This document shows, one piece after another, positions 42,701 through 51,172 of a DNA stretch of 64,000 nt. Both the position numbers and the translations under genes were made by a program. Source of the stretch: a virus. Lineage: Duplodnaviria > Heunggongvirae > Uroviricota > Caudoviricetes. Location of the stretch: IMG/VR virus record IMGVR_UViG_3300050500_000527. One strand, written 5' to 3'. The notes under the pieces are model-generated. The model did not search any database, was not told the DNA's origin, and saw only the letters and a list, made by a program, of their open reading frames with translations. Numbering within the stretch: the first letter of the stretch is position 1; every line of letters starts with the position of its first letter.

Positions 42701-45700
42701 GAGCCCGTTCATCAATTTGATGAGGCTCTCCTTCACGGCCGGTTCCGTCGCATTAATCGCAGCGACGCCCAGCTGGGTCGCAACGCCATCCATTTTGATA
42801 TGCTCAATGGCGTAAGGCGTCTTTATTGAATTTACGGCGTCTTCGAACGCTTTTGCGATCAGCGGGCCTTGACTTTTGGCGGCGGCTTCCGCTTGGGTGA
42901 GCGAAGCGAAGCCATTCTGTCCCGGAGCAGCAGCCGGTGCTTTCGCCGAGACCATCTTCGTAACGGCGTCGATGAGCTTTTGCTGCGCTGCTTCTTCCGC
43001 CGCGCTCTTCGGCGCCGGTTCGATCGGCGTCCCACCCTCAATTTGGTGCAACGGCGTCCCGCCCAGCAGGTCCACCCCCTGGGCAATTGCCATCAACAAT
43101 TTATTGACTTCCGGCGCATTGGTCGCGCCTTGCATGCCCTTTGTGTATTGGAAGATTTTCTCGTAGAACGCCTGCTTAAATTCTGGTGTATCTGCTAGGC
43201 CTGACCACCCGACCTGGGGGTATTGCTTTTTAAAAGCGGCATGAACTTCTTTTAAAAGGCCCTTCGCCTGGTCAATCGCATTAATCGCGTCGGGGCCGCT
43301 ATATTTCTTAATTGCGTCCATCGCGGCGAAGACTGAGCCGGGCGTGCCGGTCTTCTTCGGCTGGGGCTCTGGCTCAGCGCTAGACTTAGAGCCCCATTTG
43401 CCCAGCAGGGCGGCGTCGGGCGCCGCGCCGCGGCCGGGCGCACTGATCGGCTCGGAGAACGCGCCGTTGTCAATCGCGTCCAGAATATCCCTAATTGGAG
43501 CAATCTGTTGCTCAGTCAGGCCCCCATGGCTATATAATTCGAGCATGTGGGCAACGGCTTCTTGATCCATTGCCTCGTCATAGTCCGGGCGGTCCTTATT
43601 GTACTCAGCGTAGAGTTCACGGATGGTCGGCGCGGACTCATAGTTTTCCGCGTAGGGGTCGCGCGTTTTGCGGGCGAAGTCCGCATAGCCCAGGCCCAGG
43701 ATGTTGAGGTCCGTCGCATGGCCAAGAAGCCGATTCCAGGCGCTAAGGGGCAAGTGCCCCTCTCGGCGGAGGGCATGAAGCAACTCATGCCGCAATACGC
43801 CCCGAAGTCGATCGCTGCCACTCTGAGCCGGATCAACCGGAAGAAGGAAAAGGCCGCTGGGGTTCCCGAAGCCGGGCGGCATGTAAAAGGCCCGAACGTC
43901 AGTTAGGTCTTCCCACACGCCTTCCATGGCGACTTCCTCGCCATTGGTGGTTTGGAAGAAAGCATGGATTAGTGGCTTACCGGCTTCGTCGAAGCCCGCG
44001 GGCTCGACGCGCGTCAATACGTTGCCCGGGATGGAGTTCGGTAGCGCGTCGCCCAGGGCGGCGAACGCCTCAAGGTGCGCATCGACGATGGCTTGCGGCA
44101 TCAGCACCGCGCGGCCCGCATTGAGCAGCTTTTTCGCCGTATCCGTAATCTGGTCGGCGTCCAACTCCGCGGAGAGCTCTACCGGCCGGGTTAGCGGGTT
44201 GCCAGGCTCAGTCGGCTTGCCGCTCGCCTTGAATGGCTTCTCTGGGAGTTCCTTCTTGGCCTCCTTCTTCGGGCTTTTCGCCAACATCTGCTGAAGGTTT
44301 TCCACCTCCAGTGCTTCCGGAGGTAGCCGTTGCAGGCCGCGGTTGTACAGGTCGGCCAGCGTGCCTAGGCGTTCCTGCTCCTGCGCCACGTATTCCGGCC
44401 CGCGGTCAATAACGGCCCGCGCTGTATAAGTGGCCTTATTAGCCTTGCCCGCGCGGGCAAGGTCCACGCCCGCATTTAGCTCATTCAACTGGCGCTGGTA
44501 GCTATTCCGGGTGCGCAGGATCTGCTTCGGGCTTAGATACATGCCATTCCAAGGTTGCCACCACTTTGCCACCGCGGGGTGGGAGCGGCTCAACATGGCA
44601 TAACCGTCCGGCAGTAAAATGCCCGAAGGCTCCAGCCGCTCACCTATTGCATTCTGGGCGGCCCGCATTAGCGCCATAGCGGCGCCGGAGTTCTGATATT
44701 TCGGGTTAACCTCGATTAGGGCTACGTTCCAACGACCGTCCGGCGCTTTTTCCAGCTCGATGCTACCCATCGCTGGGCCGAGTTGCTTGGCGGGTTGCTT
44801 AACCGCGGAGAGCTCCAGGTTTCCGGGGTTGCCGTGCACGACGAAATAGCGGCTATCTTCCGAGCCGCCCTTCGGCCGCCGCGGGTCAACCTGTTCCCGC
44901 ACCACGAGGTTGCCGAACTTAGTCAGCTTCGAGGGCTGCCATTGGGCTGCCTTCTTCAACTCCTCGGGGCTTTGCTTGAACCGGGCGAGTGCTTCCTTCG
45001 CGCCTTTGACCTTCGAGGCGTAGTAGTCCTGCCACAACTTACCTTGTTGCGGCGCCGTGGGATCCGCTTTAGCATTGGCCAGGCGCTCTTCAAAGTAGCC
45101 GAGCATCTCGGTGAGCTGCGGCTCGGTGTAGCGGCCGTAATCGAAGCGGGTGCGGCGGGGTTGAAGGGCTGCGTCGGCCTCCGGAGAAGCCTCAGGAGCT
45201 GCGCTCGGCCCTTCCGGCGCACCTACGGCGCCCGGCACTTCTTCGGTCGCCCTCGGCCCCTCCAGGGCCTTAAGCGGTGCGCCGAGTTCGCGCGTCGGCT
45301 CAACGACCGTGTAGCCTTCGCCGGGGACGAGGTCGATAAAGCTGAGCGGTTCACCGGGCGCACCCGAATAGGGCTGCCCGCTATACGGCGCTTCTACCTC
45401 GGGCGTAATTTCCGGGATGCGCGGTTCGGCCTTACCGCCGCCGAGCACCGCCCCCGCCCCGCCGCCCAAGATGGCGCCGAGCGCCGCGGACTCCGCGACG
45501 CCTTCCGTCGTTGCGCGGCTTGGGTCCGTGGTTTGCTGCGTGATAATGTTCTGACCGAGCTGGGAGCCGCCTTCTTGGAGCCCTTCCTCCAACGCGCCTT
45601 CCGCCGCTGCGGCCGCGCGGCCGAATAAGCCGCCGCCCGGCACGGAGCGGGTTAGCGTCTTCGCGATCGGAATAGCCTCGGTGAGGCCCAGGCCCGCATA

Positions 45701-47107
45701 GCCGAAGGTTTTCAGGATGCGGTCGAGCTCATCCACCTGGGCCGTATCGCCCGCGGCGCGCGCCTTATCCTGCGCGGCCTTAATTTCCCGCGTGGCTTCT
45801 TCGAAGCCTTGCGAGCCGGTCGCGCTGCCGCCCATCGCCGCAACCACGGCCGCCGCGGCTTTCGGCCCGGCCTTGAGCAGCGCGGTCACGGCGCCGCCGC
45901 CGTAGAAGGCCCCGAGCTGACCCACCCCCTGGGCGAGCTGCATGGAGAAATCGTTCTGGCGGGCTACGTCGCCGGGGAACATTCTGTTCACTTCCAGCTT
46001 CGTATCCTGAGCCCATTTTAGCAGCGCGTTATCGTCGACCTTCTCGTCGCCCAGGTAGCCCGCTACAATGCCCGCGAATTCCGGGATGCCCAGTACGGCG
46101 CCGCTAAAGCCTTGCACCACGTTCTCGGTGCCCGCCCGCAGGCCGGTTTTGGTTGGGAGCGGCGCGCGGCCTGCTTTCATCTCGTTGAGTGCGTTAAGGT
46201 CCGGTAGCGTGGCGCGCGTGGTATTGAGTTGCGACTGGTAGGCGCGCGTAGCGTAAGGCGAAGGCGACGCCTTAATCAGCGCCTCGAGGTTGGCAATGCG
46301 TTTCTGGCCGTTCTCGTAATCCTTGTATTGTTGATCCAGCCAGGCCTGCTGATCGGCCGGGCTCATCATACCGAAGCTCTCACCTAGCGTGCCCCGATAT
46401 GGCTTCGGCGCTTTCTCCCGCGCAGCCCAGTCGCGGGCATCCTGATCAAAATAGGAATGTAGCTTACCGTAGCGGTCTTCAGCTTCTTGCAGCGAGGAGT
46501 AAGAGGGGAATTTATCCCAGCCGACTGCCCCCACATTGCGGAAAATTCGCGCGCGTTGGGCGTCGTCGTTCATATCGTAAATTTTACCACCCCAGACAGT
46601 CGGGATGGTGTAGTAGCGGCCGTCTGCCTCTACCGTTGTTTGTAAAAGTGTGGAGCGCGATCCGTCCGGATTTGTGACGCCACCCGGTCCATAAAGGTTG
46701 GTGAGGTGGCGCTTGTAGAAGTCCTGTTCCTGCGGATTAAGTTTTAGCGCCGCATTGGCCGCGTCAAACTGTGATGGAGGCGCAAATTTGCGCGTGGGCT
46801 CCTTCACGTCCGCGGCGAACGCCTTAAAGGGGCTGTACTCGGCCTGCGGGGCCGGAGAAAAGGGAGCCCGTGGGCTTAGAACGGGCTCTGAGTCTAGCGT
46901 CGGCCAGGAGTTCGACGCTTCTCGCTTAGGCTCAGGTGCTAAAGGCGGAGCGAGGGCAGCGGGTTCGAGCTCCGTCCGCCAAGGATTCGTCGCTGGTGAG
47001 GGAGCGATTGGCTCAATCGTCGGCGCCCATCCGCCCGGCGTTGCCGCTGCGGGTGTCACTGTATTAAACAGGGCCGGATTAAAGAGCAGCTCATCCCAAT
47101 AACCCAT
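39770..47107 (-). CDS. giant multidomain virion (ejection/internal) protein, 2445 aa, with HipA/PI3-4K-like kinase motif, HExxH motif and C-terminal R-S-E ADP-ribosyltransferase domain
   Basis: Uninterrupted 7.3-kb ORF in the internal-virion-protein position of a T7-like layout.
- Kinase-like region (about 41800-42260): GGGSKP, YMFKP, DWLISNHDGHSNQFLI, GIDKGQAF.
- HExxH region (about 43700-43900): LRHELLHALRREGH.
- ADP-ribosyltransferase region (39773-40330): AIYAYTGDHSDDINRELR, VYRG, FWSTSYD, QSEKEV.
- N-terminal third is alanine/glycine/proline-rich low complexity. Confidence 0.7.
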   Translation of the reverse strand: MGYWDELLFNPALFNTVTPAAATPGGWAPTIEPIAPSPATNPWRTELEPAALAPPLAPEPKREASNSWPTLDSEPVLSPRAPFSPAPQAEYSPFKAFAADVKEPTRKFAPPSQFDAANAALKLNPQEQDFYKRHLTNLYGPGGVTNPDGSRSTLLQTTVEADGRYYTIPTVWGGKIYDMNDDAQRARIFRNVGAVGWDKFPSYSSLQEAEDRYGKLHSYFDQDARDWAAREKAPKPYRGTLGESFGMMSPADQQAWLDQQYKDYENGQKRIANLEALIKASPSPYATRAYQSQLNTTRATLPDLNALNEMKAGRAPLPTKTGLRAGTENVVQGFSGAVLGIPEFAGIVAGYLGDEKVDDNALLKWAQDTKLEVNRMFPGDVARQNDFSMQLAQGVGQLGAFYGGGAVTALLKAGPKAAAAVVAAMGGSATGSQGFEEATREIKAAQDKARAAGDTAQVDELDRILKTFGYAGLGLTEAIPIAKTLTRSVPGGGLFGRAAAAAEGALEEGLQEGGSQLGQNIITQQTTDPSRATTEGVAESAALGAILGGGAGAVLGGGKAEPRIPEITPEVEAPYSGQPYSGAPGEPLSFIDLVPGEGYTVVEPTRELGAPLKALEGPRATEEVPGAVGAPEGPSAAPEASPEADAALQPRRTRFDYGRYTEPQLTEMLGYFEERLANAKADPTAPQQGKLWQDYYASKVKGAKEALARFKQSPEELKKAAQWQPSKLTKFGNLVVREQVDPRRPKGGSEDSRYFVVHGNPGNLELSAVKQPAKQLGPAMGSIELEKAPDGRWNVALIEVNPKYQNSGAAMALMRAAQNAIGERLEPSGILLPDGYAMLSRSHPAVAKWWQPWNGMYLSPKQILRTRNSYQRQLNELNAGVDLARAGKANKATYTARAVIDRGPEYVAQEQERLGTLADLYNRGLQRLPPEALEVENLQQMLAKSPKKEAKKELPEKPFKASGKPTEPGNPLTRPVELSAELDADQITDTAKKLLNAGRAVLMPQAIVDAHLEAFAALGDALPNSIPGNVLTRVEPAGFDEAGKPLIHAFFQTTNGEEVAMEGVWEDLTDVRAFYMPPGFGNPSGLFLLPVDPAQSGSDRLRGVLRHELLHALRREGHLPLSAWNRLLGHATDLNILGLGYADFARKTRDPYAENYESAPTIRELYAEYNKDRPDYDEAMDQEAVAHMLELYSHGGLTEQQIAPIRDILDAIDNGAFSEPISAPGRGAAPDAALLGKWGSKSSAEPEPQPKKTGTPGSVFAAMDAIKKYSGPDAINAIDQAKGLLKEVHAAFKKQYPQVGWSGLADTPEFKQAFYEKIFQYTKGMQGATNAPEVNKLLMAIAQGVDLLGGTPLHQIEGGTPIEPAPKSAAEEAAQQKLIDAVTKMVSAKAPAAAPGQNGFASLTQAEAAAKSQGPLIAKAFEDAVNSIKTPYAIEHIKMDGVATQLGVAAINATEPAVKESLIKLMNGLFEGANTLKKQANENTAVQQKQVNEAIAKNALTGEELAPSSPKTHKSLTEALNKSQLNSSLKKIIRDSIQFVYNEVFKDQGPYTDVVKTQAFKQAVIDNLLHNAAANEKEGYAATARAMRDFAGTIDTAPDTTAAPAVSVPAGLSFDDLIPAPDRNYTFVGNAGGGSKPKEIWQDEEGNEYMFKPNLPDRPFSAHGEAAGGHISRLINPNAPRIWVQSLNGRLGVMQEMLPNSGTLRGTKMSELTPQEITALMREHVVDWLISNHDGHSNQFLITDKGLVGIDKGQAFKYIGKDRLDTDYHPNEVYGEEEPIYNKLWRALTQGKLDGVVKKITAQGGAQLTEDEAEFKRVQEELESVTENLNAQREAKNEVEQATRNRITDLTDRDHPSIKEVRSALKEVFDKYEQRFLGDIKEALTLKPNDWWTRVSGKGERSFLISKDPEQTMLWANRSFPPDLQRTTFTPQNGISAEEAQEKFGFYPSTDSYLAQTGGPAGEANAAFLRTQGYDHVTFPDGKIVALIAPQTLENWRDYGYNKEKNELAASTYEAVNGFMADVLRRAGEQLGNEEGRAITAEQADLLENADPNKVKAEDLQIPALKAEYETPVYNAMRSAESAVRYALTARYDDALNAGRLPEIRPDNSLWDFILDHVRSKPRSEFPAFFQQVRNLYPEAGMLSAKEISELERKKSQLNVRFYGLKQAVEEGRAEVDNKLFEPAYEAINTLQNGLTDEAYLGMIRPYAEARFKGRPKNRDAFLDYALQRKHNLANKFHRFFQKLSSSQERRKKALQSVYDFDENYRNDAAERHGLSAEEFAAIYAYTGDHSDDINRELRQDKKAGRSDPLALGTERLRWLSYAELLESALEKLPPFTGEVYRGQDLDAEELAKWKPGRIIVTPAFWSTSYDKTNSFSGKVKLHIQSLTGRNIEELSSHQSEKEVLFPTERHFLITHIDDSGADTYGDPRTDIWLQELEEINFEKL

Positions 47108-49564
47108 TTAGGCGCTCGCTCCCAGATTATTGGCGCGGATATAGTCGTCTAACCGCGCCATGACAGCCTCGCGCGGGGCGCCGCGAGCAATCGCGTCTTC
47201 CGCCATACGTTGCGCTTCCTGAAGGCCCTGGAGCCCGGCGCCGCGGCCGGGCGTAGCGGGCGCCGGAGCAGCTGGACCCGCGGCGGGAGGCTGCGCGGAG
47301 GGCATAGGGGCCGCCGCGGGCTGGCGAGCGGGGGAAGGCAAAGCGGGCTGCGGCGCGGCAGCGGGGACGCGGGCTGCGGGCGCTTGCGGCGCCGGGCGCG
47401 CGGGCGTCAGCCCCTGGGCACCCTGGCTCGCCACGCCCGTCCGCACCAGAATACGGTCGAAGTTCCGGAGTGCATCAAGCATCGGCGTGGAAGCAACCTG
47501 CCGTAAGGCAGTCTGCACCTGAGCCGGGTTGTTAGAGAGGAGCTGTTGGGCGATGCGGGTCGCTACGCGGCGGTTAATCGCCTTATTGCCCAGGAGCAAG
47601 GCTGTGGCCAGCAGGCCGCCTTCCTCGTCGCCTTGCGAATAGCCCAGGCCGCCGACCAGGCCGAGCTCGACCAATTGGCGGGCGGTGGTGCTATTCCCCA
47701 TCGCGCCGCGGACCAGGTCCATTACGCCTTCCACGCGCAGGAAGGTCTCCAACTGACGGGCGCGATTCGGGCCGAGGGCGATGGTTAGCCGCTCGCGCGC
47801 GTTGGGGGAGTTATTGATCGAATTAAGCAGCGAGCGACGGTCCGGATTATCCCGGACGCGGCTGATAAAGCGCGTCGCGAAGCCTTCCGCGAAGAGGTCG
47901 CGTTCTTGCTGCGTCATTGCGGCCAGCGCGCGGCGGGCGGCGCCACCTTCAAAGCGGCCCGCGACGAAATTCTCACCCGCCTCCAGGGCGTTCTGGGCCT
48001 GGAAATAGGTCTGCGCCGTACCGCGTGCCCGAGCGAAGTCCGGGACCATGCGGTCCAGCTCCGCGACCAAGGGGCGCCGCAGTGCATCAATATCCCGTGC
48101 GGCGGAAAGGGCGCCTTGCCGCTTCAGCGTACCAATCTGATCGTCCAGATTACGCTTAACCGCGTCCCAGAATTCCAGCGTATAGCCATTCGGCCCGCGG
48201 GTGCCCGTCGTCCGGCCGCCCGCCGCCGCGGCGCGGTTGCGCACGGTATTGGCGGCCTGGGCCATCGCCGATTCCATGGCGGGGGCGCCACTGAGTTTGG
48301 TCAGGATAGGGCTCATCAGCCCGTTACGGCCTTGGCTGTAGGCCGCATCATAAAGCGGTCGACGTGCATTGCGGGCCGCGATTTCCAACGCCTCACGCGT
48401 CGCGGGCGCATTCGGCCCGCCGACTTGACCGGGACGGTTAACCAGGTCACGGATAAAGCTCTCGGCGCGGGTGCTCTGGCCTTCCAGCCGCTCGTCAATC
48501 AAATTACCGATCAGAGAGCGCGCTTCGGGGGACTGGTTCGCGGCAGACCGCGCCAGAGCACGCGTCGCCTCACCGCCCGCGTCGATTACGCGGAGGTCTT
48601 GGCCTGCCCGGCCTGCGGCGCGGGCTTCTTGCGGGGTTAGCGGCTGGCCGCGCGGGAAGGCCCGGTCGGCGCCCACAGCGGAAGCAATATCGCGGCTAGC
48701 CTGAGCGTCCGGCGCCAGAGCCGAACGCACGCGGTTAATCGGATAGCGGGCCGCAGCGCCCAGAACAGAGGCACCTCCGCGGAGGATGGGCTCCACGACA
48801 CCCGGCAGTGCAGCGCCGAGGCCCGCGGAGACGGCCGCCTTAACCGGATCAATGCCTTCTTGCGAGCCCACGCCCGCGGCCAGGGCGTCCTGTGCGACAG
48901 AAGCTGCACCCATACCGCCCGCGCCGAGCGCCGTTCGGGCCGCAATGGACGTGCCCGCGCCTGCGGGGCCGAGGAAGGGCAGCGTCGCAATGGTCTGTAA
49001 GCCGAAGTCGCCTACGTCCTGGGCCGAGAACCCCGGCTTGTTCAGGTAAGCGAAGTCCGTCATGCCCGGCGCTTTGAGTAGGAGGTTGCCCTTAGCATCC
49101 TTCTTCTCTTCAAGCCCAGGGATGCGGGCTTTTAGAATATTGACTTTGCCGGTTTCAGTCGGCGCGATCGCGGCCAGGCTCAGCGTGGTTCGGATATTGT
49201 CCAGGCCCGCTTGGTCCTTACCGCCCGTGTCATTCCGATAAGCGTCGCCGAATTCCGGCCGCTCGGCATAAGCGGGGTCCAGCCGCTCTTCGCCGGTATA
49301 GGCTTTGCGCAGCCCTTCAGCGGTGCGCTGAAGGAAATTCGGCTTGGGACCCGCGGCAGGAGGCTGCGCGGAGGGCATAGGCGCCGCAGGAGCGGGCGTA
49401 ACAGGCTTAGCCTCATTTAGCCAAGGCTTCGCTGCGGGCGCCGAGGACGGTGCAGGGGGAACGGCGTCCGGCGTAAAGGGATTCGGGACGAGACCCTCGT
49501 CCTCATCCTCCGCCACGGGCGCAGGACCGACCGGAATTGCTTGATTCAGCCAAGGCTTCGCCAT
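47108..49564 (-). CDS. internal virion protein (818 aa) with internal direct repeats
   Basis: Adjacent to the giant gene; alanine/glycine/proline-rich. Motif AKPWLN(Q/E)A twice at the N-terminus and APMPSAQPPAAGP at both ends, encoded by a 23-bp direct repeat at 47287 and 49355. Confidence 0.45.
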   Translation of the reverse strand: MAKPWLNQAIPVGPAPVAEDEDEGLVPNPFTPDAVPPAPSSAPAAKPWLNEAKPVTPAPAAPMPSAQPPAAGPKPNFLQRTAEGLRKAYTGEERLDPAYAERPEFGDAYRNDTGGKDQAGLDNIRTTLSLAAIAPTETGKVNILKARIPGLEEKKDAKGNLLLKAPGMTDFAYLNKPGFSAQDVGDFGLQTIATLPFLGPAGAGTSIAARTALGAGGMGAASVAQDALAAGVGSQEGIDPVKAAVSAGLGAALPGVVEPILRGGASVLGAAARYPINRVRSALAPDAQASRDIASAVGADRAFPRGQPLTPQEARAAGRAGQDLRVIDAGGEATRALARSAANQSPEARSLIGNLIDERLEGQSTRAESFIRDLVNRPGQVGGPNAPATREALEIAARNARRPLYDAAYSQGRNGLMSPILTKLSGAPAMESAMAQAANTVRNRAAAAGGRTTGTRGPNGYTLEFWDAVKRNLDDQIGTLKRQGALSAARDIDALRRPLVAELDRMVPDFARARGTAQTYFQAQNALEAGENFVAGRFEGGAARRALAAMTQQERDLFAEGFATRFISRVRDNPDRRSLLNSINNSPNARERLTIALGPNRARQLETFLRVEGVMDLVRGAMGNSTTARQLVELGLVGGLGYSQGDEEGGLLATALLLGNKAINRRVATRIAQQLLSNNPAQVQTALRQVASTPMLDALRNFDRILVRTGVASQGAQGLTPARPAPQAPAARVPAAAPQPALPSPARQPAAAPMPSAQPPAAGPAAPAPATPGRGAGLQGLQEAQRMAEDAIARGAPREAVMARLDDYIRANNLGASA

Positions 49565-49570
49565 GGACCC

Positions 49571-51172
49571 CTACCTGGGCTTGGTGTGCTGGGTACGCTT
49601 ACCCGCTTCGTCAATATCGATGAATGTGGCGCCGGGTTTCAGGGCGTCATAGTCTTCCTGCGAATTCACCACCGGCCAGCGTTCTACGTCAGTCGCTCCG
49701 CCGCTGCCAGGCTCATTGTCGCCCACTCCGGCCATGTCATGGGGAGCCGGACCGAAATTTGTTGAGCGGCCACGAGGATTTTCTTCGTCGTCGCCAATAA
49801 AGCCTTTCCAGTTTCCGATATTTGTCTTATTGACGGAAAGTGTTCCATCCGAATTGCGGGTAATAACCGGATTGGCCGTAATATAAGAGTCCCAAGCATC
49901 TTGTGCTCCTTCCAAGGAACCGCGACCTTTACTGAGCCAGCTCTCGAAGAACTTGGCTCGCTCAATCTGACGCTGCGCTACAGCTTCCATACCGGCCATC
50001 GTTTTATCGGCGGCAGCGTCTGTCATGCCGAACCCTGGAGTGCCTCCAGCGAAGAGGGCCATTTCGCGATCAGTGATGGCGCCCTTCGTCCGTTCCGTGA
50101 AGCCCAGCTGGATATCCAACTCCTTCGGACTCAGTGCTTTAACGCCGTCTGTTAGGCCAAAATAATCCGTCCACCCTGCAATCGTGCTCGCGGGGCCGGG
50201 GGGCAGGCCTTTCAGCGCGTCCGGAACTGTTTTGCGCAATTCCCTGATCTGCTGTATTGAGCCAATCATCTCGCGAGCACTGTCGGCTTCGTTCTTATAT
50301 TTCTCTACGCGCTTCACATTGGCCGTAGCCTGAGTCCGCGTTACGGCCGTGGCAGAGGGGTCGCGTTTACCGCCGCCGATATATTCGATATTGGCGGGGC
50401 CTTTTTCGTTGTAGAAGAACTTGCGGGCCTGACCGGATTCCGGGTCGTAGTCCTCACCGAGCTTCCGCTCACCGCCGCCGAACAAGGTCGGCAACACGGT
50501 TTTCAGGATCTCTGGGTTGCTAGCCGCGGCCGTGGCCGTGTCCACGTCCAACCCGCGGCTCATTAGTGCGCGGATAGTCTGGTTACGGACCTGACCTTGC
50601 CGCTCTAGGTCGTCCACAGCCGCCATACCACCGCCGATCGCGGGGAGGATAGCGTCAGAAGTGCCCAGCCCGCGCAGGAAGGCGGAGATCTGTTGGCCCG
50701 TCGAGGGGGGCGCAGCCCTCGGTAGCGTGGCGGCCGTCGGAATAATGCCCGGCGCCCGACCCGCTCCCGGCATAGCGCTCGGCGCGGCAGCCGATTGTGC
50801 GGTGGGGATGGCGGCCGTCGGTCCGAATTGCTTCATCGGGCTGTAGTTGGGGGCACCCGTGGGTTCGGGTGGCGGAGAACCCGGATTTGGGCTCAGCATA
50901 TCCGTCTTGGCGGCCGTATTCGATTGCTGCCCGGCCGAGGAAAGCATCGGGGGTGGCACCAGGGACGCCGTCATGCGGAACTGATCCGCCGCAGATTGCG
51001 GCATTTTAAATGGCGAGGCTGCTTCCGCAGGGAGTTGCGTCTCCGCAGCCTGGGCCATCGTCTGCATTAGCAGGTTGCGCAGCTCCGGGTCCATGGAGAA
51101 CGCCGTCGAAGCATTAACGTATTCCTGTTCGCCCGCCATCTTAGGCCGCTCCCCGCTGCATAAACAGCTCAT
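49571..51172 (-). CDS. internal virion protein (533 aa; start may be MAGEQ at 51139)
   Basis: ORF in the codon-biased frame in the gp13-16-like cluster; no motif recognised. Confidence 0.4.
   Translation of the reverse strand: MSCLCSGERPKMAGEQEYVNASTAFSMDPELRNLLMQTMAQAAETQLPAEAASPFKMPQSAADQFRMTASLVPPPMLSSAGQQSNTAAKTDMLSPNPGSPPPEPTGAPNYSPMKQFGPTAAIPTAQSAAAPSAMPGAGRAPGIIPTAATLPRAAPPSTGQQISAFLRGLGTSDAILPAIGGGMAAVDDLERQGQVRNQTIRALMSRGLDVDTATAAASNPEILKTVLPTLFGGGERKLGEDYDPESGQARKFFYNEKGPANIEYIGGGKRDPSATAVTRTQATANVKRVEKYKNEADSAREMIGSIQQIRELRKTVPDALKGLPPGPASTIAGWTDYFGLTDGVKALSPKELDIQLGFTERTKGAITDREMALFAGGTPGFGMTDAAADKTMAGMEAVAQRQIERAKFFESWLSKGRGSLEGAQDAWDSYITANPVITRNSDGTLSVNKTNIGNWKGFIGDDEENPRGRSTNFGPAPHDMAGVGDNEPGSGGATDVERWPVVNSQEDYDALKPGATFIDIDEAGKRTQHTKPR

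Noticed and set aside
44783-45628. 281-aa plus-strand ORF inside the giant gene
   Set aside because: Arginine/leucine/alanine-rich low-complexity antisense shadow of the 2445-aa ORF; no start context.
47906-48640. 244-aa plus-strand ORF inside the 818-aa gene
   Set aside because: Antisense shadow; arginine/glycine/alanine low complexity.
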